This document shows positions 52,225 through 61,833 of a DNA stretch of 64,000 nt, piece after piece. The notes beneath the pieces are model-generated. The model saw only the letters and a list, made by a program, of their open reading frames with translations. It did no database searches and was not told the DNA's origin. The stretch comes from Spirochaetales bacterium (GTDB lineage Bacteria > Spirochaetota > Spirochaetia > SZUA-6 > RPPD01): positions 16,543 through 80,542 of the forward strand of contig JAFGJO010000042.1 in NCBI GenBank assembly GCA_016929065.1. Reading direction: 5' to 3'. How positions within the stretch are numbered: the stretch's first letter is position 1; each line of letters starts with the position of its first letter. A program made the translations under genes and the position numbers.

Positions 52225-55101
52225 TTGCCGCATAAACCACTCATTGAAACACAATTCCCCCTGGCGATCTTGAGCGCCGAAAGCTACAAGGAGCGCAAGG
52301 CCAATTTGGGACAGACGCTCACAGGTCTTGGAAAATGGTGGGGCAGAAAGCCGCTCATACTAGTACGCGCGGTCATCCTGGGTCTTCTCATGCCCGCATC
52401 CGACAATCCGGAAAAGGACCGCGAGGTATTCCTGCGCGTGCTCACCATGGACGAGGACGGTCTGTGGAAACGCAAGAGCAAAAAAATGAGCGCGGCCCAA
52501 GTTGCCGGACAATTGAGCCCGCAGGAGAGCACAGGAATTATTGAAATAAACGGCGACAAGCCCGCCTGGAAACGCGGTCTGGACGCAACGGACAAACTGC
52601 GGCTTGAGAAACTCGCCTTTAACCGCCTGGATTATGAGGAAAAGCTTACGCTTTGCGACCGGCCGGAGCAGATTGACGGGCCCAGTGAAGAAAGCTGGCA
52701 GGAAATAAACCGGCATTTGGGTACTTGCGCCGCAACCCTGCAGGAACTCTTCGCCGAGCTTTCCCGGAAAGCATTTGGCCGACTCGCGCGAGTTGGTGAT
52801 GTGTTTTGCGGGGGCGGCTCCATTCCGTTTGAAGCCGCCCGGCTGGGGCTTGAAGCCTACGGAAGCGACTTGAATCCCGTGGCCGCGCTGTTAACCTGGG
52901 CCGCAATCAATTTGATCGGCGGTGGGAAAGAGGTACAGGAGCAGGTGCGCAGTGCGCAGAAGGAAGCTTGGGAAGCGGCGGACAAACAAATCACGGAATG
53001 GGGGATCGAACACGACAGTGCGGGGAATCGTTCAGACGCCTATCTCTATTGCATAGAAGTAAAAAGTCCGGCCACTGGTCTGTGGGTGCCTTTGGCGCCT
53101 AGTTGGGTAATTGGAGAGAGAAGCAAAGTCATCGCGGTTTTGAAAAAAAATGAAAAGCGGCACGGATATGATATCAATATTGTAACCGGGGCAACAGACA
53201 AGCAGATGAAGGAAGCCAAAACCGGTACGGTGCAGGACGGTGAACTGGTCTGCCCGGAAACAGGCAAGCGCTACAGCATTGCCAGCCTGCGCGGGGATCG
53301 CCGGGATGAAGGGGAATCCGTTTACGGCCTGCGGCTTTGGGAAAACGAGGACCTTGTCCCGCGGCCTGAAGACACATTTCAGGAACGGCTTTACTGTGTG
53401 CGCTGGGTCACTCCGGAAGGAGAGCGGCTCTATAAAAGTGTGACGCAGGAGGATGAGGCGCGGGAACAAAAGGTGCTTGCGCTTTTGAAAGAACGGTTTT
53501 CCGAATGGCAGGAGAAGGGGTATATTCCGTCAAAACCAATTACACGCGGTGGCGACAAAACAGAAGAACCGATCCGGACACGCGGCTGGACGCACTGGCA
53601 CCATTTGTTTAATCCAAGGCAATTGTTGGTACATGGGTTGATATCAAGTATTAATACTTCAAGAGATAAAATAAATAGGGTATTCCTTCTGTTGTGGATT
53701 GGTAGCCTATCAAATCGTGATTCAAGAATTGTTGGCTGGGTTCCTTCATATGGAGTTGAGACTACTGATCAAGTATTTACAAACCAGGCATTAAATACAA
53801 AATTTAACTGGGCGGCAAGAGGTTTACTAGGATATAAAACAGTCACTAATATTAGGGCCAATTATAATGTAAACATTAACTCCAGTAAAATTGAACCACA
53901 AGATGCTCGAGTAGCTCAAAGTGATAATCACTTATGGATAACAGACCCACCATATGCTGATGCTATAAATTATCATGAGATTCTCGATTTTTTCCTCGCC
54001 TGGTATGAAAAACACCTACCCAAGTTATTTCCTGACTGGTATACGGACAGCCGTCCGGCTTTGGCAGTCAAGGGTACAGATGAGGATTTTAAGCACAGTA
54101 TGGTTGGAATTTACGCCAATCTCGCGGCTCACATGCCTGACGACGGCCTGCAGGTTGTTATGTTCACCCACCAAGATGCGGGCGTCTGGGCGGACCTGGG
54201 CATGATCCTCTGGGCCGCTGGACTTAAAGTGACTACTGCTTGGACGGTTGTTACAGAAACAGTATCTGCATCTGATTCCGGCAACTTTGTCCAAGGCACT
54301 GTACTTATGGTTTTACGCAAGCGCTTGGAAAGTAAAACCGTGTTTCTGGACGAGCTCTACCCGCTTGTGGACGACGAGGTGAAAAAACAGCTTGACCACA
54401 TGCACCGTGTGGACGACCAAATTCGCTCCCAGTTCGGAGACACGGACTTCCAGCTCGGCGCCTATGCCGCTGCCCTCCGTGTGCTCACAAGCTACGCGGA
54501 TATCGAAGGCCAGGATATCAAGCATGAGCTTTTCCGCACACGGACCAAGAATGAAAAATCCCCCTTTGAAAATATTATTGACCGCGCTGTCTCCATCGCC
54601 GCCGGCTACCTTATTCCGCGCGGTATTAGCCAGCAGGTTTGGCGCAATCTTGACAACATGGAGCGGCTGTATCTGCGTGGCCTGGAACTGGAACGCCATG
54701 GCGAATTGCGGCAAGGCGCTTACCAGGAACTCGCGCGCGGGTTCGGCGTGCAGGAATACACCTTTATGCTTGCAGACAAGGTAGCCAACCAGGCGAGATT
54801 CAAGACGGCAATCGAGTTCAAGCGGACGCAAATGGGCGAGGGCGACTGGGGCGGCACCCTGTTGCGCCATGTTTTATTCGCCATTCATGAGGCCGTGCGT
54901 GCGGAAAACCCGCGTGAGGGTTTTAATTACCTCAAGAACGCGCGGACGGACTATTGGGCCAGGCGAGAGGACATTCAGGAAATATTCAAGTATTTGGAGC
55001 AGGCAGCCACGCATAGTCACCTTGCGCATTGGAAACAGGACAGCGCGGCGGCGCAATTGGTACGCGGACTCGTCGCGAACGATTATGGCGGGAGCGGGTA
55101 A
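52225..55101 (+). CDS. N6-adenine DNA methyltransferase, 958 aa, DUF1156-like architecture
   Basis: It has an N-terminal KWWGRKP-type region, an AdoMet motif I (VFCGGGSIPFEA...DLNPVA) and the catalytic motif IV DPPY at about residue 570. Confidence 0.75.
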   Translation: MPHKPLIETQFPLAILSAESYKERKANLGQTLTGLGKWWGRKPLILVRAVILGLLMPASDNPEKDREVFLRVLTMDEDGLWKRKSKKMSAAQVAGQLSPQESTGIIEINGDKPAWKRGLDATDKLRLEKLAFNRLDYEEKLTLCDRPEQIDGPSEESWQEINRHLGTCAATLQELFAELSRKAFGRLARVGDVFCGGGSIPFEAARLGLEAYGSDLNPVAALLTWAAINLIGGGKEVQEQVRSAQKEAWEAADKQITEWGIEHDSAGNRSDAYLYCIEVKSPATGLWVPLAPSWVIGERSKVIAVLKKNEKRHGYDINIVTGATDKQMKEAKTGTVQDGELVCPETGKRYSIASLRGDRRDEGESVYGLRLWENEDLVPRPEDTFQERLYCVRWVTPEGERLYKSVTQEDEAREQKVLALLKERFSEWQEKGYIPSKPITRGGDKTEEPIRTRGWTHWHHLFNPRQLLVHGLISSINTSRDKINRVFLLLWIGSLSNRDSRIVGWVPSYGVETTDQVFTNQALNTKFNWAARGLLGYKTVTNIRANYNVNINSSKIEPQDARVAQSDNHLWITDPPYADAINYHEILDFFLAWYEKHLPKLFPDWYTDSRPALAVKGTDEDFKHSMVGIYANLAAHMPDDGLQVVMFTHQDAGVWADLGMILWAAGLKVTTAWTVVTETVSASDSGNFVQGTVLMVLRKRLESKTVFLDELYPLVDDEVKKQLDHMHRVDDQIRSQFGDTDFQLGAYAAALRVLTSYADIEGQDIKHELFRTRTKNEKSPFENIIDRAVSIAAGYLIPRGISQQVWRNLDNMERLYLRGLELERHGELRQGAYQELARGFGVQEYTFMLADKVANQARFKTAIEFKRTQMGEGDWGGTLLRHVLFAIHEAVRAENPREGFNYLKNARTDYWARREDIQEIFKYLEQAATHSHLAHWKQDSAAAQLVRGLVANDYGGSG

Positions 55102-55115
55102 AAGCCGAGCTTTGA

Positions 55116-55171
55116 CCAAAATCAAATTATTGGCAATAATTGCCTAAAATTGCCGATAATTTGATTTTAGG
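55116..55171. promoter_or_regulatory. 22 bp inverted repeat (2 mismatches) spanning the abiEi start codon; putative AbiEi autoregulatory operator
   Basis: The arms are ccaaaatcaaattattggcaat and attgccgataatttgattttagg, separated by an 11 nt spacer that contains the ATG. Confidence 0.5.
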
Positions 55172-55910
55172 AGAAACGACCATAAAGGACTATAGGAAAA
55201 AGATAGCGCTTTACCTCAATTCCCATAAGACGCTTAGTACTGCGGAGGCCGCCCATATTTTCCGGCAGGACGAGGTGGATTTACCAGATGCGACGATCAA
55301 TTGGCGGCTCCATGAAATGGAACAGAACGGAAGCCTTCAGCGAATCGGCCGTGGTAAATACCGTCTTCCGGACAAGCCGGTGTTTAACCCGGAAACAAAG
55401 TCATTTCAAGAAATGGCCGCTTTTATTCGCGGGCAATTCCCGCTGGTGAAGTATTGCCTTTGGGATACTGAGATAGTGCGTGCGCTTGCGCACCATATTC
55501 CCTCGCGCGCGTTTGTGATCGTGGAAGTGGAAAAAGACCCGCTTGAGGAGGTGTACGACAAGCTCAAAGACAAGTATGATTATGTGTTCCTGGCCAAAGA
55601 CTATAATCAGGCATCCGGTTTTCTCAAGAAAGATGTGTCCGCTATTTTTATAAAGCCGCTATTATCAGAAGCTCCCGTACGGATTCTCAATGGCGTCCCC
55701 GTACCAGAACTGGAAAAAATACTTGTGGACACCCATCGCGACATGGACCTGTTCAGCTTCCTGGAGGGAAAAGAATGGAACAACCTCTGGGAAAACGCAT
55801 TGGCGCGGTACACGGTCAATACGACGAGGCTCCTGCGCTACGCCGCGCGGCGTGGGCAACGAAAGTTTTTCTACAGTCTGTTTCATCCTGGAACGGTAAA
55901 AAATGATTGA
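55140..55910 (+). CDS. AbiEi-like antitoxin/transcriptional regulator (type IV TA, COG5340-like)
   Basis: It has an N-terminal winged HTH (LSTAEAAHIF...LQRIGRGKYRL), is ~250 aa, and overlaps the downstream gene by 8 bp. Confidence 0.6.
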   Translation: MPKIADNLILGETTIKDYRKKIALYLNSHKTLSTAEAAHIFRQDEVDLPDATINWRLHEMEQNGSLQRIGRGKYRLPDKPVFNPETKSFQEMAAFIRGQFPLVKYCLWDTEIVRALAHHIPSRAFVIVEVEKDPLEEVYDKLKDKYDYVFLAKDYNQASGFLKKDVSAIFIKPLLSEAPVRILNGVPVPELEKILVDTHRDMDLFSFLEGKEWNNLWENALARYTVNTTRLLRYAARRGQRKFFYSLFHPGTVKND

Positions 55911-56973
55911 TGTAAAAAAGCTAGATCAACAATGGTTTTCCTTAACAAGCAGAGAAATACATGGCGACCCGCTATTGCTTGAAAAGGTGACGAAAGCACT
56001 TTTGCTGGTTGAAAAACTCGCACATCTGGGTCTCAAATTCATCTTCAAGGGCGGCAGCGCGCTCATGTTGCTTTTGGAAAAGACCGCCAGGTTTTCGATT
56101 GATGTGGACATACTCCTGCCGCAAAAGGCGGTCAATATGGTCCTGTCCCCGGTCTTTGACGGCATTGTTTCATCAGGAATCTTTACCCGCTACGAGCCGA
56201 GCCCACGAAAAAAGACCGGAGTACTTAAAAAGGAGCATTTTCGGTTTTTTTATAATTCCTTGGTGCTGGCGGGCGGTGCTGAAGACAACATTATACTTGA
56301 TATCGTTTACGAAGACGGCCTTTACAATACAATCATTTCTCTCCCCGTGACCCTCCCGTTTCTTCCGGTTTCCGGCAAACCAGTGACCGTGTCAGTGCCC
56401 GATCTGGAAAATCTTCTTGGCGACAAACTCACCGCGTTTGCCCCGAATACGGCGGGCATTGCCTATAGAAGAAACAACGTCAGCATGTCCCTGGAAATCA
56501 TCAAGCAGTTGTATGACATCGGGATTTTGTTTAAATTTGTCAACAAACCTGAACATGTCCGTGATGCCTTTGAAAATTTTGCGCGCAAACAGATACAATA
56601 CCGGGGAAGACAATTTTCCGTTGATGATATTTATGAGGACATTTTTCAGACTGCTTTGTGTTTTTCCACAAAGGGTGAATTCGGAATCGGAAACTATGGC
56701 GAACTGCAAGATGGGATAAAAAGGGTCAAAAGCTATATATTTTCAGAGAATTTCAGCATACCCAAGGGTGTAACGAATGCAAGCATTGCCGCCTACCTGG
56801 CGATGATCCTGCGCCGGAAGACCGGGAAAATTGAAAAATATGGCGAACCCGGGTCTGTCACCAGTCTGGAAATCTCTGAAAAAGAATTCAAGATGCTCAA
56901 CAAGCTAAAGAAAGGCAATCCCGAAGCATTTTATTATTGGTACAGGGCGATAGAAGCAAGGAGCAGCCGATGA
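55903..56973 (+). CDS. AbiEii-like nucleotidyltransferase toxin (DUF1814 family)
   Basis: It has the NTase-fold signature FKGGSALMLL...RFSIDVDIL. Confidence 0.7.
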   Translation: MIDVKKLDQQWFSLTSREIHGDPLLLEKVTKALLLVEKLAHLGLKFIFKGGSALMLLLEKTARFSIDVDILLPQKAVNMVLSPVFDGIVSSGIFTRYEPSPRKKTGVLKKEHFRFFYNSLVLAGGAEDNIILDIVYEDGLYNTIISLPVTLPFLPVSGKPVTVSVPDLENLLGDKLTAFAPNTAGIAYRRNNVSMSLEIIKQLYDIGILFKFVNKPEHVRDAFENFARKQIQYRGRQFSVDDIYEDIFQTALCFSTKGEFGIGNYGELQDGIKRVKSYIFSENFSIPKGVTNASIAAYLAMILRRKTGKIEKYGEPGSVTSLEISEKEFKMLNKLKKGNPEAFYYWYRAIEARSSR

Positions 56974-59738
56974 TCAACCGTTTCAGTTTTCATAAAGGTA
57001 AAAAGGGGACGCGCTTTCTTGCAGACCGGCTTCAGAACGCGCGCTCCTATGACCGAATCGCGGGATTTTTCAATAGCTCACTTTTGGAATTTGCGGGCGA
57101 GGCGTTGGAAACAGTGAGTGGTAAAATCCGCATCATATGCAACTCGGAATTGCGGCCGGAAGATGTTGCCGAAGCCCAGAAAGCGGAGCAGGCCCAGAAA
57201 ACCAGTTTCTTCAAGCTCGATCCGGAGCAAGTGAGCAAGAACGCCAGGGACAGACTCACACGCCTGCATCGCCTGCTCTCTAATACGGAAAAAGCGATGT
57301 TGGAAATACGAGTTTTACCGAACGAGGCTTTCGGTCTCATCCACGGCAAAGCCGGAGTCATCTGCTTCAAGGACGGCAGTCGGACGAGCTTTCTTGGATC
57401 AGCCAATGAAACCTTCGCCGCCTGGAATCTCAACTATGAACTCGTCTGGGAGGATGACACTGTGGAGGCATGCGACTGGGTGCAGTCGGAGTTCGACCGG
57501 CTCTGGACGCACCCGCAGGCAGTGCCGCTTGCGCAGGCGGTCGTGAAGGAAATCGAGCGGCTGGTGGATCGCCGCGAACTGAATCTTGATAACTGGAAAA
57601 AACAGGCAGCGCCCGCGGGTGTGCTCGTGGAAGCACCGGTGTACCGGGAAGAGTTTGGGTTGTGGCCGCATCAGCGTTATTTTATTGACCTCGCCTGGAA
57701 AACGCATCTGGCTTTTGGAGCGCGCTATGTGCTCGCGGACCAGGTTGGCCTGGGGAAAACCGTTCAACTCGGTATGGTGGCGCAGCTTGTCGCGCTTGCC
57801 GGTAATCTGCCCGTGCTGGTGCTGTTGCCAAAGACGCTCATGGAACAGTGGCAGACCGAGTTGTGGGATTTACTGGAGGTCCCTTCTGCGCGTTGGGCGG
57901 GCAGACACTGGATAGATGAAACAGGTTATGAGCACTCCCCCGAAGGGCAGAATCCACTTCTGCATTGCCCGTGCAAGATCGGTCTTGTATCACAGGGGCT
58001 TGTCACCCGGGGGAGCGCGCAGGTAAAGGCGCTTTTAGCCCGAGAGTGGGAATGTGTCCTTGTTGACGAGGCGCACCGCGCCCGCAGGAAAAAGCTGCCC
58101 AAACCGGATGAACGCGGTCCGGCGATCGGCAATGTTGATGCGGACTGCAATAAACTGTACGGATTTCTTTTCAAGATTGCATCACGGACGCGTTCAATGC
58201 TTTTGTCTACTGCCACACCCGTGCAGATGCATCCGATTGAGGCTTGGGATATGTTACGTATGCTTGCGGAGGCAAACGATCATGTATTGGGGAGCACAGG
58301 GAGTAATTGGCGGAAACCTGAACTGGCGCTTCCATATTTATTACAAGAACAGGAAATACCGGAAGATGTACAGACGCTCTGGGAGTGGCTGCGGAATCCA
58401 TTCCCTCCAAAGTGGGAAGAGATGAATTTTGCATATCTAAGGCTGCAGCTCGGTGTGGATGATGCCCAGGCGGTTATCGCAGAGCAGTTCAGGGACTATA
58501 ACAAGCTTACGCCGGACTTGAAGACAAGAATGGATCAAAGCATGAAAAATCTATTCGGGGATCATCATCCGTTTTTGCGGTTTATCGTGCGGCGTACCCG
58601 GAAATATCTGGAAGACACAATTGATCCCGCCACCAATGAACCGTATTTAAACCGGATTGAAGTAGAGCTCATTGATGACCAGCCCGTGATTCTGGGCAGT
58701 TATTTGAAGCAGGGCTATCAGGCCGCGGAGAAGTTCTGTAAACTGCTCGCCCGCAGGGTGCGGGCCGCCGGCTTTTTTAAAACACTCCTGTTGCGACGAA
58801 TCGGAAGTTCCATAAAGGCGGGTCTTAATACCGTGAATATGATGCTGTCAAGCTGGGATATTGCAGAGCCCGGAGAGGATGAAGAGGATATCGAAGATTT
58901 ATTTGAAGATGATGACACCTCGGATGAACGGTTCTCGGAAAATACACGTTCCGAGCTCAAACAGCTTACCCGCGAGGAAACGGATATCCTTCGCGATTGT
59001 CAGCGAGCCCTTGAACAAGGCCTAAGCCAGCGTGAAGGTGCAGATCCCAAGCGGGATGTCGTCATCGAGTTTCTAAAAAACAAACGATGGGCTGAAGACG
59101 GTTGTATACTGTTTTCACAATATTTTGATACCGCGAAATGGATTGGTGAGGAGACAGTCCGACTGTTCCCGGATTCACCGGTTGGACTCTATGCAGGAGG
59201 CGGAAAATCAGGGATCTGGGAGAATGGCCAGTTTCTGAAAAAGTCCCGCGAGGAAATAAAAGCCAAGGTTAGAAGCGGAGAAATCAAAATTCTTGCGGGA
59301 ACAGATGCCGCGAGCGAAGGTTTGAACCTGCAGGCTTTGGGAACGCTCATCAACGTGGACTTACCATGGAATCCGACGCGACTTGAGCAGCGCAAGGGGC
59401 GAATACAGCGTATTGGACAATTTCGCGATAAAATAAAAGTGCTTAACTTGCGGTATAAAGATTCAGTCGAGGACAAGGTACATCAGGTTCTGTCGGGACG
59501 TCTGCAGGACATCCATGAATTGTTCGGTCAGATTCCGGACGTGCTCAAGGATGTCTGGGTGGAAATCGCGCTTGATGATGTTGAAGCCGCTAAAAAGCTT
59601 ATCGAGGATCTGCCCAAAATGAATCCGTTCGACAACCGTTATTCAAAACTGGAAATGATTTCCGGCTGGGACACCTGGAACAAAGTGCTTAATAAACAGG
59701 ATAAGTTATACAAACTAAGGGAAGGTTGGGGGCAATAA
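56970..59738 (+). CDS. PLD-family nuclease domain fused to a SNF2/SWI2-type helicase
   Basis: The N-terminus has an HKD motif (HGKAGVICFKDGSRTSFLGSANET). The helicase has motif I (GLGKTVQ), a DEAH box (LVDEAHRAR) and C-terminal motif VI (QRKGRIQRIGQ). Confidence 0.8.
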   Translation: MINRFSFHKGKKGTRFLADRLQNARSYDRIAGFFNSSLLEFAGEALETVSGKIRIICNSELRPEDVAEAQKAEQAQKTSFFKLDPEQVSKNARDRLTRLHRLLSNTEKAMLEIRVLPNEAFGLIHGKAGVICFKDGSRTSFLGSANETFAAWNLNYELVWEDDTVEACDWVQSEFDRLWTHPQAVPLAQAVVKEIERLVDRRELNLDNWKKQAAPAGVLVEAPVYREEFGLWPHQRYFIDLAWKTHLAFGARYVLADQVGLGKTVQLGMVAQLVALAGNLPVLVLLPKTLMEQWQTELWDLLEVPSARWAGRHWIDETGYEHSPEGQNPLLHCPCKIGLVSQGLVTRGSAQVKALLAREWECVLVDEAHRARRKKLPKPDERGPAIGNVDADCNKLYGFLFKIASRTRSMLLSTATPVQMHPIEAWDMLRMLAEANDHVLGSTGSNWRKPELALPYLLQEQEIPEDVQTLWEWLRNPFPPKWEEMNFAYLRLQLGVDDAQAVIAEQFRDYNKLTPDLKTRMDQSMKNLFGDHHPFLRFIVRRTRKYLEDTIDPATNEPYLNRIEVELIDDQPVILGSYLKQGYQAAEKFCKLLARRVRAAGFFKTLLLRRIGSSIKAGLNTVNMMLSSWDIAEPGEDEEDIEDLFEDDDTSDERFSENTRSELKQLTREETDILRDCQRALEQGLSQREGADPKRDVVIEFLKNKRWAEDGCILFSQYFDTAKWIGEETVRLFPDSPVGLYAGGGKSGIWENGQFLKKSREEIKAKVRSGEIKILAGTDAASEGLNLQALGTLINVDLPWNPTRLEQRKGRIQRIGQFRDKIKVLNLRYKDSVEDKVHQVLSGRLQDIHELFGQIPDVLKDVWVEIALDDVEAAKKLIEDLPKMNPFDNRYSKLEMISGWDTWNKVLNKQDKLYKLREGWGQ

Positions 59739-60003
59739 ACCCGGGTATTCACACGCATGAAATCACTTGCCGCTCTGGTTGCCGTACTGATAATTACCAT
59801 TCTGCTCGCATTCACTGTTGCCGTTCTTATATCAGGGTGCTGACAGACAACCAGTTTGTCAGCACCCTGCTAATTCTATAGACCGCACAGCAGTATATAC
59901 CAGCGAAAATACTCCTCAATAATAATGCTTGCCTGCAATTTTTTGTAAATAACCTGATTTCTTTCACATTATTTGATATATTTATCCTAAAAAGGACAAT
60001 GAC

Positions 60004-60651
60004 ATGTTCGCAGGATTGTCAAACACAGGAGTCTCAGCGTTTTCTTCCGGGCTGTCACCGCGTAGTAATTACCTTCAGGGAATTGACGGCGCAGTAAAGG
60101 CGCATGAGAAGGCGCATCTGCTCGCACTCGGCGGGTTTGCGAAGGGCGGTATTTCCTATGACTACCTGCTCACCTCAGACGGCCACAAATACGCAGTCGG
60201 CGGCTCGGTGGGGGTTGATATTTCACCGGTCCCTGACGACCCCAAGGCAACCATCCGGAAAATGCGGACCGTGCGGGCCGCAGCCTTAAGCCCCACGCAC
60301 CCCTCCGCCGCTGATACCGGGATTGCCTCAAAGACCCTGCAGATTGAGATGCAGGCCCATCAGCAGCTGAAAAAGGAACAGCTGGACAGCAGCGCATCAA
60401 TTGGTATTGCAGCGGCCACATCAGCTGATATACCGGCAAATTCAAAGAAGGCCTCAACTCCAGCCAGTTTCGCGGGATCACCCGAAACAATTATCGACAA
60501 GGCAAACGCAGTCCAGACTGAAATTCTGATTTCCGGCGACCGTTCGGCGAGAGCAATGCAGCGGCTCTTTCAGTCGTATATCATGGAAATGAAGGCGCAG
60601 AAAAAACTAAGAGCTGAGGACTCCCTGCCGCAAACCGATATTTTAATCTGA
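60004..60651 (+). CDS. Hypothetical protein with an HExxH metalloprotease-like motif
   Basis: It contains an AHEKAH motif. The coding sequence is GC-rich and lies at the distal edge of the island. Confidence 0.45.
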   Translation: MFAGLSNTGVSAFSSGLSPRSNYLQGIDGAVKAHEKAHLLALGGFAKGGISYDYLLTSDGHKYAVGGSVGVDISPVPDDPKATIRKMRTVRAAALSPTHPSAADTGIASKTLQIEMQAHQQLKKEQLDSSASIGIAAATSADIPANSKKASTPASFAGSPETIIDKANAVQTEILISGDRSARAMQRLFQSYIMEMKAQKKLRAEDSLPQTDILI

Positions 60652-60995
60652 ACTCAAATTTCTGTCTTCCATCTTACTTATTCAGAATTTTATCCAGTTC
60701 AAAGTGCGCTTTTTCCGATAATTTTTCATGCACTGAGGACCGCTTCGGTATCAGTACTGCCCGCAATTTCAATATTCTTTTTTTGTGTCTTTCGTGATTT
60801 TAGTGGTATTTTTTTTAAAATCCGCATCAGCCATAACGGATATTCTACAGAAAAGAAAATAATGGTCAAACCACAATGAATAGTTTATAAGACAGTACTT
60901 ATAGAATACCCTTGATTTTTTAAAACTATGGAATACATTGATAGGAGAGCCTGACAATCCATAAAGCATGGATACAGCTGTAAAAGGAGCAGACA

Positions 60996-61802
60996 ATGAC
61001 AATTTTACCCTGTACAACCGTTCAAATAATTAATAGAACGGGAAATTTCATTCTTAAAATATTTTTATTGTTATCGGTATTCATTTTTTTTACCGGCTGT
61101 CTGAATGTGTCAGCGCAGCCCGGCCAGCCGGTTCCGGTGAAAAACAACAGCAAAATTTGGGAAGAAAAAGATTATGCACGTGTCTCACTTTCAAATTTCA
61201 GAAAGGAACCCCTGTTTCTGGAAACAATCAATTTTACCAGTATTGATTACCCCCGGCTCCATGCGTCGATTTTTTATGCGACCAATGAAATCCGTGTCAG
61301 CCACAAACTGAAAGAACTCGGCTATAACGCCAATCTTGAAATTGCTGCATACAATCACTCAAAACGGATGGTAGAAAAAAACTTTTTCAGCCATCAGGAT
61401 TCAACCGACCGCACACGCTACAATCCCGGCGACCGGGCGAAACTCGCGGGGGTAACCAATCCTTCGATCGCTGAAAATATCGCAGAGACATTTGCCATTC
61501 AGTACAAGGCAGGCACATCGGTATATCCGCTCTCCACCCCTGGAGAGTTCAGCTACACGAACAGGGGCAAACCCATTCCCCCGCATACCTACTTGAGTTT
61601 TGCTGATGAAGTGCTGACCATGTGGATGAACTCAAGCGGACACCGCGCGAATATTTTATCCACAAACGGGCTTGAGCTGGGTTGCGGTGCATATTTTTAC
61701 CAGGACAAATCCTTTTACCAGATGGCGAAATTCAAGGCAACACAAAATTTTCAGTGGTACAAAAAGGTGATTCCCGGGGAAGTATCCGACCCCACACCAT
61801 AG
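60996..61802 (+). CDS. CAP/SCP/PR1-domain lipoprotein (YkwD-like)
   Basis: It has a lipobox (FFTGC) and CAP motifs (HSKRMVEKNFFSH, GENIA, HRANIL). Confidence 0.7.
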   Translation: MTILPCTTVQIINRTGNFILKIFLLLSVFIFFTGCLNVSAQPGQPVPVKNNSKIWEEKDYARVSLSNFRKEPLFLETINFTSIDYPRLHASIFYATNEIRVSHKLKELGYNANLEIAAYNHSKRMVEKNFFSHQDSTDRTRYNPGDRAKLAGVTNPSIAENIAETFAIQYKAGTSVYPLSTPGEFSYTNRGKPIPPHTYLSFADEVLTMWMNSSGHRANILSTNGLELGCGAYFYQDKSFYQMAKFKATQNFQWYKKVIPGEVSDPTP

Positions 61803-61833
61803 GCATCGCATGACAATTTTTTTGGGTCTTTTT

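Noticed and set aside
59758-59844. 28 aa hydrophobic ORF (MKSLAALVAVLIITILLAFTVAVLISGC) right after the helicase gene, followed by an 11-bp-stem hairpin
   Set aside because: It could be a genuine micro-protein or leader peptide, but it is too short to support without conservation or expression data. The hairpin (59830-59866) lacks a U-tract.
60769-61017. 82 aa minus-strand ORF in the AT-rich gap before the CAP-domain gene
   Set aside because: It lies in an AT-rich intergenic region with no RBS and a low-complexity sequence, so it is probably noncoding promoter DNA.
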